In this document: positions 58,715 through 62,278 of the stretch, piece by piece
Layout: each line of letters begins with the position of its first letter
How positions within the stretch are numbered: the stretch's first letter is position 1
NCBI GenBank assembly: GCA_964518475.1
Contig: CAZFGR010000010.1
Coordinates: 1-62,278, forward strand
DNA length: 62,278 nt
Direction: 5' to 3'
From: an uncultured Nitrososphaerota archaeon
GTDB lineage: Archaea; Asgardarchaeota; Njordarchaeia; Njordarchaeales; Njordarchaeaceae
Made by a program: the position numbers and the translations under genes
Notes under the pieces: model-generated
What the model was told of the DNA's origin: nothing
What the model saw: the letters and a program-made list of their open reading frames with translations, nothing else
Databases searched by the model: none

Positions 58715-59323
58715 GTGAATCGCTTTAATCCAACAAGAAATGAAACTAATTTATTGTATACTTTGAAAAATTTTTTCATAACGGGCCCCCCTAGAGCTGG
58801 AAAAACAACATTACTAAAGAGAATTATGCAAACACTTAGGGAGCATAATATCAAGTTGGCTGGGATACTATGCCCAGAAGTTAGAGTGAATAACCGACGA
58901 TGGGGCTTCAAAATTATTGATCTAAAAACGTCTCGCGAAGGAATATTGGCTAGTATAGAGATTCCGAAAGGCCCAAAAATATCTAAATATAGGGTAAATG
59001 TGGTAGATCTGGAAGAGGTAGGAGTAAAAGCTCTTCAAAACGCTTTAAGGGACGAGTCAGAAGTAGTAATTGTCGACGAGATAGGGAAAATGGAGTTAGT
59101 GTCTGAGAATTTTTCACATACAGTCAAGCAATTGCTCGATAGTGATAAAATACTTTTGGGAATTATTCCCGCTAGATATACTCATCCTCTCTTATCAGAA
59201 ATTCGGAGAAGAAGAGATACAAAGATTTATTGGATAGGACGTGAAACTCCAGCTTCTATTCGTCAAAAAATTCATGATGAAATTGTTGAGATTATTTTGA
59301 AGAGGCTAAAGAAGAATGCTTGA
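58715..59323 (+). CDS. Nucleoside triphosphatase, THEP1/NTPase_1 family
   Basis: ITGPPRAGKTT, RWGFKIIDL, VDEIGKME; true start may be TTG at 58763. Confidence 0.93.
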   Translation: MNRFNPTRNETNLLYTLKNFFITGPPRAGKTTLLKRIMQTLREHNIKLAGILCPEVRVNNRRWGFKIIDLKTSREGILASIEIPKGPKISKYRVNVVDLEEVGVKALQNALRDESEVVIVDEIGKMELVSENFSHTVKQLLDSDKILLGIIPARYTHPLLSEIRRRRDTKIYWIGRETPASIRQKIHDEIVEIILKRLKKNA

Positions 59324-59933
59324 AATCAAGTTTTTGGATATACCTATCATTGTGTGTCCTAAAACTTACCCACCTAGCGAAGATACAGAGCTTCTAGCCA
59401 GTGTTGCTCTTAAATACTTAAAACCTGGCATGCGTGTTATTGAGATCGGTGTTGGGACTGGAGCTATTATTATACTCCTAGCTAAGAGAGGAGCAGAAGC
59501 CTATGGAACAGATATTTCCGAGGAAGCTATAAAATGTACCCAAGAAAACGCTCGACGAAATAATGTAAACATAAATTTAGCTCTTGGTCATTACTTTGGC
59601 CCTTTTTCAGATGTTTTATTCGATATGATACTTTTTAATCCACCTTATTTACCCGCTGATGATTATGATTTTTTATTAGAACCCTATGAAAAACTCGCGC
59701 TCGTGGGTGGAAGAGAAGGATACGAAACTATAATAGAGTTTATTAAACAGCTTGATAATAAGTTAAAAAGTGACGGCATAGCTCTTTTCGTTTTATCAAC
59801 ACTTTCTCGACCAAGCATTGTCTTTGAAACTGCGAAAAAAAGAGGTTATCGCGTGACAGTTGAGGCTTCTAAAAAATTCTTTTTTGAAGAAATAATGGTT
59901 ATTTCTTTGAGACGAGAAAAGAGAATTATTTGA
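59316..59933 (+). CDS. HemK2/Mtq2 family methyltransferase
   Basis: YPPSEDTELL, EIGVGTG, FNPPY, GGREG, FFE. Confidence 0.92.
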   Translation: MLEIKFLDIPIIVCPKTYPPSEDTELLASVALKYLKPGMRVIEIGVGTGAIIILLAKRGAEAYGTDISEEAIKCTQENARRNNVNINLALGHYFGPFSDVLFDMILFNPPYLPADDYDFLLEPYEKLALVGGREGYETIIEFIKQLDNKLKSDGIALFVLSTLSRPSIVFETAKKRGYRVTVEASKKFFFEEIMVISLRREKRII

Positions 59934-60213
59934 CAATAACTACCTTAGCATTACCAAGTACTTGTCCAGGTAAGCCTTTTGATAATAATACTCTAACAGC
60001 CTTTCGGCCATGTTTTCTGTAAATTTTGCCTCTAAAGACCTTATTCTTCCATCGTATCTCGACGATTCTCCCTATTAAGTTATCGGGCTTTATGCTGGGG
60101 GGTAAATTATCAAAACGTACTATGATCTGTCGCCATCGGGGACTTTTATTGCCTATCCTAAAATTCACGATAGTGCCTTCTAAACCGATTATATTAGCCT
60201 CCAAACCATTCAC
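59926..60213 (-). CDS. rpl35ae: 50S ribosomal protein L35ae
   Basis: [25 protein letters not shown]. Confidence 0.93.
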   Translation of the reverse strand: MNGLEANIIGLEGTIVNFRIGNKSPRWRQIIVRFDNLPPSIKPDNLIGRIVEIRWKNKVFRGKIYRKHGRKAVRVLLSKGLPGQVLGNAKVVIVK

Positions 60214-60617
60214 CCAGCTTCATGTTTTTTAATTAGAATAGCGTTTATGACTCCATCTTGTCCCGGTCTACTAGTAACTCTAGCCTCTCCTATCTCTGTT
60301 ATTATTATCGCGCCTCTTGTAATTATTTGTCTCCTCTTGTATTCTCTGTTCGCCCTATTTTCCACTACCGATAGGATTCTAACTTTTTTGAATGTCTTGG
60401 TTTCAGGATCTAATACGTTTGCGTACTTAGCTCTATAAAGCCTGACTTTAGTTCCGCCTCCTTTTACTCTAATCTTTTTCCGTATTTCCTTTTCTTCTTC
60501 AGTAGCTATTCTAGTTTCGGTGGGGAATCTACCTATATGGCGTTTTTTCTTTTGAGAGAATGGTCTCTTTAAGCCACCTGAGGGCTTGCGCTTAACTGGT
60601 TTATGATATACGCCCAT
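60210..60617 (-). CDS. rps8e: 30S ribosomal protein S8e
   Basis: [24 protein letters not shown]. Confidence 0.98.
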   Translation of the reverse strand: MGVYHKPVKRKPSGGLKRPFSQKKKRHIGRFPTETRIATEEEKEIRKKIRVKGGGTKVRLYRAKYANVLDPETKTFKKVRILSVVENRANREYKRRQIITRGAIIITEIGEARVTSRPGQDGVINAILIKKHEAG

Positions 60618-60632
60618 AGTTCACTCACCCCT

Positions 60633-60800
60633 CTACCTCTTAGCTGTTCTCTTAGCTTTTTTCGGTCTTAATCTTTTACTACCGCATCTCCTACATCTAG
60701 TCGCTGTTGGCGCGTTTCTGGCATAGCAATTCATGCATATTTTATAGTCTAAAAGCGCTTTCTTAGCAATTTCTCGTAGTACGGGATCAGCTAGTGACAT
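60633..60800 (-). CDS. rpl40e: 50S ribosomal protein L40e (below the ORF-track cutoff)
   Basis: Hand translation MSLADPVLREIAKKALLDYKICMNCYARNAPTATRCRRCGSKRLRPKKAKRTAKR*; GGTGA SD. Confidence 0.95.
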   Translation of the reverse strand: MSLADPVLREIAKKALLDYKICMNCYARNAPTATRCRRCGSKRLRPKKAKRTAKR

Positions 60801-60957
60801 TGAAGTCACCAATTAAAACGTTCGCTACAAGATTTTTTGATAAATTATCACCGTCTATATAAGGAAAGTGTTATGTGACTTCAAATGTATAAAAAGATCG
60901 CGGTTTGAGAAATTAGTCGGAAGTCGAAGTCAATAGAAGAATATGATGTTAATGTTT

Positions 60958-61059
60958 TGGCGGGCCGGGCGGGATTTGAACCCGCGACCTTCGGGTTTCT
61001 TCCCTTCTAAGCCTCGAAGGTTAAAAGCCCGACGCTCTTCCTGGCTGAGCTACCGGCCC
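60958..61059 (-). tRNA. tRNA-Lys(TTT) with 25-nt canonical 37/38 intron (60997-61021)
   Basis: TCGGG CTTTTA[ACCTTC..GAAGGGAAGAA]A CCCGA; strict BHB; CCA encoded. Confidence 0.95.
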
Positions 61060-61209
61060 AGTTTTTCAGATCTGAGTTTTACCATTGTTTTGTTCGGACA
61101 TCTTTAACTCATAGTAAGTACGTATATTACTAGGATGAATCTCTATCTAATGAAGGCTTAATAAATTTTTCCCTAGAGTAAATCATGTAGAAGAGAGTTG
61201 AGAAAAATG

Positions 61210-62112
61210 TCATAGTATTTTTCTAATTTCTTCCACAATTATACTCGCTACAGATACTTTTGCAAAAGAGTTCCTAACAGTATTTGTGGAAACTATCTCA
61301 TCAGCGCCAGCTTTTAGAAGCTTCTCAATAGATCCAGGAAGGAACAATCCATGGGTGAATCCCGCTACAATTTTCCCGTCAAATATTTTTCTTAATTCCT
61401 TGATAACCCCCGCCGCTGTTCCACCCGTACTGATTATATCATCTAGTAATATTGCAACTTTTCTACTCTTTACCAAAGTACCAAACTTTTCGGGGTTTAT
61501 AGGTTGATGCTTCTTAATCTCCCCCGAAACCAGATCTCTCCTCTTTTCAAAACCTGTAAAAGGTACATCAAGAAGCGAAGCTACTGCCTCAACATAATCT
61601 ATCCGGCCTTTATCAGGTGCGATAATGAATACATCATCAGTCCTATAATTCGCCTTAATATAGTTAGCCCACGCCTTAACAGCTTTAATATTAAGAAAAC
61701 GTTTACCAAAATTCTCGAAAACTTTCTCTGAATGAACATCCACCGTAATTATATAATCAGCTCCAGCAGAAAAAATAGTCTCAGCGACTACTCGTGCTGA
61801 TACGCATTCTCCTGGTAAAAATCTCTTATCCTGCCTAGCATATGGGAAATAAGGTATAACAGCGATTATTTTCTTAGCCCCTAGATCCCTAAGAGTTCTC
61901 AGGAAAAAAATTGCCCGTAGAATCGCCTTATCCTGATTAGGATAGCTAGAAAGTACACAAAGAACATCTTCTCCAGCCACATCACGGAGAAAACGAAAAT
62001 ACGATTCCCCATCAGGAAAAACCTTATGCTCAAGAGGCACTAACTCCACACGCAAATCCCTAGAGATCTCGAAACCAAGAGCGTCATAATAAGGATCAAC
62101 AAGGATCAACAT
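61210..62112 (-). CDS. prs: Ribose-phosphate pyrophosphokinase
   Basis: FPDGESY, PYFPYARQD, VDVH, APDKG, LDDIISTGGT. Confidence 0.96.
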   Translation of the reverse strand: MLILVDPYYDALGFEISRDLRVELVPLEHKVFPDGESYFRFLRDVAGEDVLCVLSSYPNQDKAILRAIFFLRTLRDLGAKKIIAVIPYFPYARQDKRFLPGECVSARVVAETIFSAGADYIITVDVHSEKVFENFGKRFLNIKAVKAWANYIKANYRTDDVFIIAPDKGRIDYVEAVASLLDVPFTGFEKRRDLVSGEIKKHQPINPEKFGTLVKSRKVAILLDDIISTGGTAAGVIKELRKIFDGKIVAGFTHGLFLPGSIEKLLKAGADEIVSTNTVRNSFAKVSVASIIVEEIRKIL

Positions 62113-62174
62113 ACAAAGCACCCATAGAAAGGACAGAAATAGAAGGGGCAACCCCGGAGTAGGCGGCTGCCGGG

Positions 62175-62278
62175 CTCGGGCTTTTAGTGGCGGCAGGCTA
62201 AGGCCCTCAGCCTTAACGGCCTTGGGCCTTACACCCCCGCCCTATCAAGCCCCTCTTTTAGGGGGGCCCTAAGCGGCC
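62175..62278 (-). rRNA. rrl: 23S rRNA, 3' terminal fragment (end approximate)
   Basis: Reverse complement contains AGGGCCCCCCTAAAAGAGGGGCTTGATAGGGCGGGGGTGTAAG...GCCGCCACTAAAAGCCCGAG, matching archaeal 23S domain VI. Confidence 0.85.

Noticed and set aside
60633-60800. Possible ubiquitin-L40e fusion
   Set aside because: The gene starts directly at L40e with its own SD; no upstream ubiquitin-like frame
1-62278. CRISPR array, provirus, defence island or Sec/Pyl recoding
   Set aside because: No periodic repeats, integrase, att duplication of tRNA ends, or in-frame stop splitting a recognisable gene was seen

Overview
Gene-dense archaeal chromosomal segment (AT-rich coding DNA, very GC-rich tRNA/rRNA, so probably a thermophile). 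It runs from the 3' tip of an IS5-like element to the 3' end of a 23S rRNA gene. Content is mostly informational: ribosomal proteins (L15e, L37ae, L37e, L21e, LX, L35ae, S8e, L40e), a fragmented exosome superoperon, aIF2-gamma, TrpRS, FtsY, PolD DP2, RNase HII, KEOPS subunits, RNA modification enzymes, five tRNAs (two with BHB introns, one at non-canonical position 30/31) and a candidate C/D-box guide RNA. PolD together with an RPC34/TFE-beta-like protein, a Cren7-like protein and a ribophorin I-like protein suggests a TACK/Asgard-type lineage (inference; possibly Njordarchaeia- or Korarchaeia-like). Main leads: (1) a soluble IFT52-like GIFT-domain protein coupled to a surface-anchored Cys-less thioredoxin-fold protein; (2) a ribophorin I homologue; (3) a Zn-ribbon Cren7-like domain fused to a winged helix; (4) a C/D sRNA whose two guides both match the tRNA-Glu(CTC) in this window; (5) an IorAB-like pair lacking catalytic motifs but keeping its ferredoxin domain, translationally coupled to rpl21e; (6) an AGT-EndoV fusion overlapping a DUF99 nuclease gene. 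All family calls come from motif recognition by eye; no searches were run.
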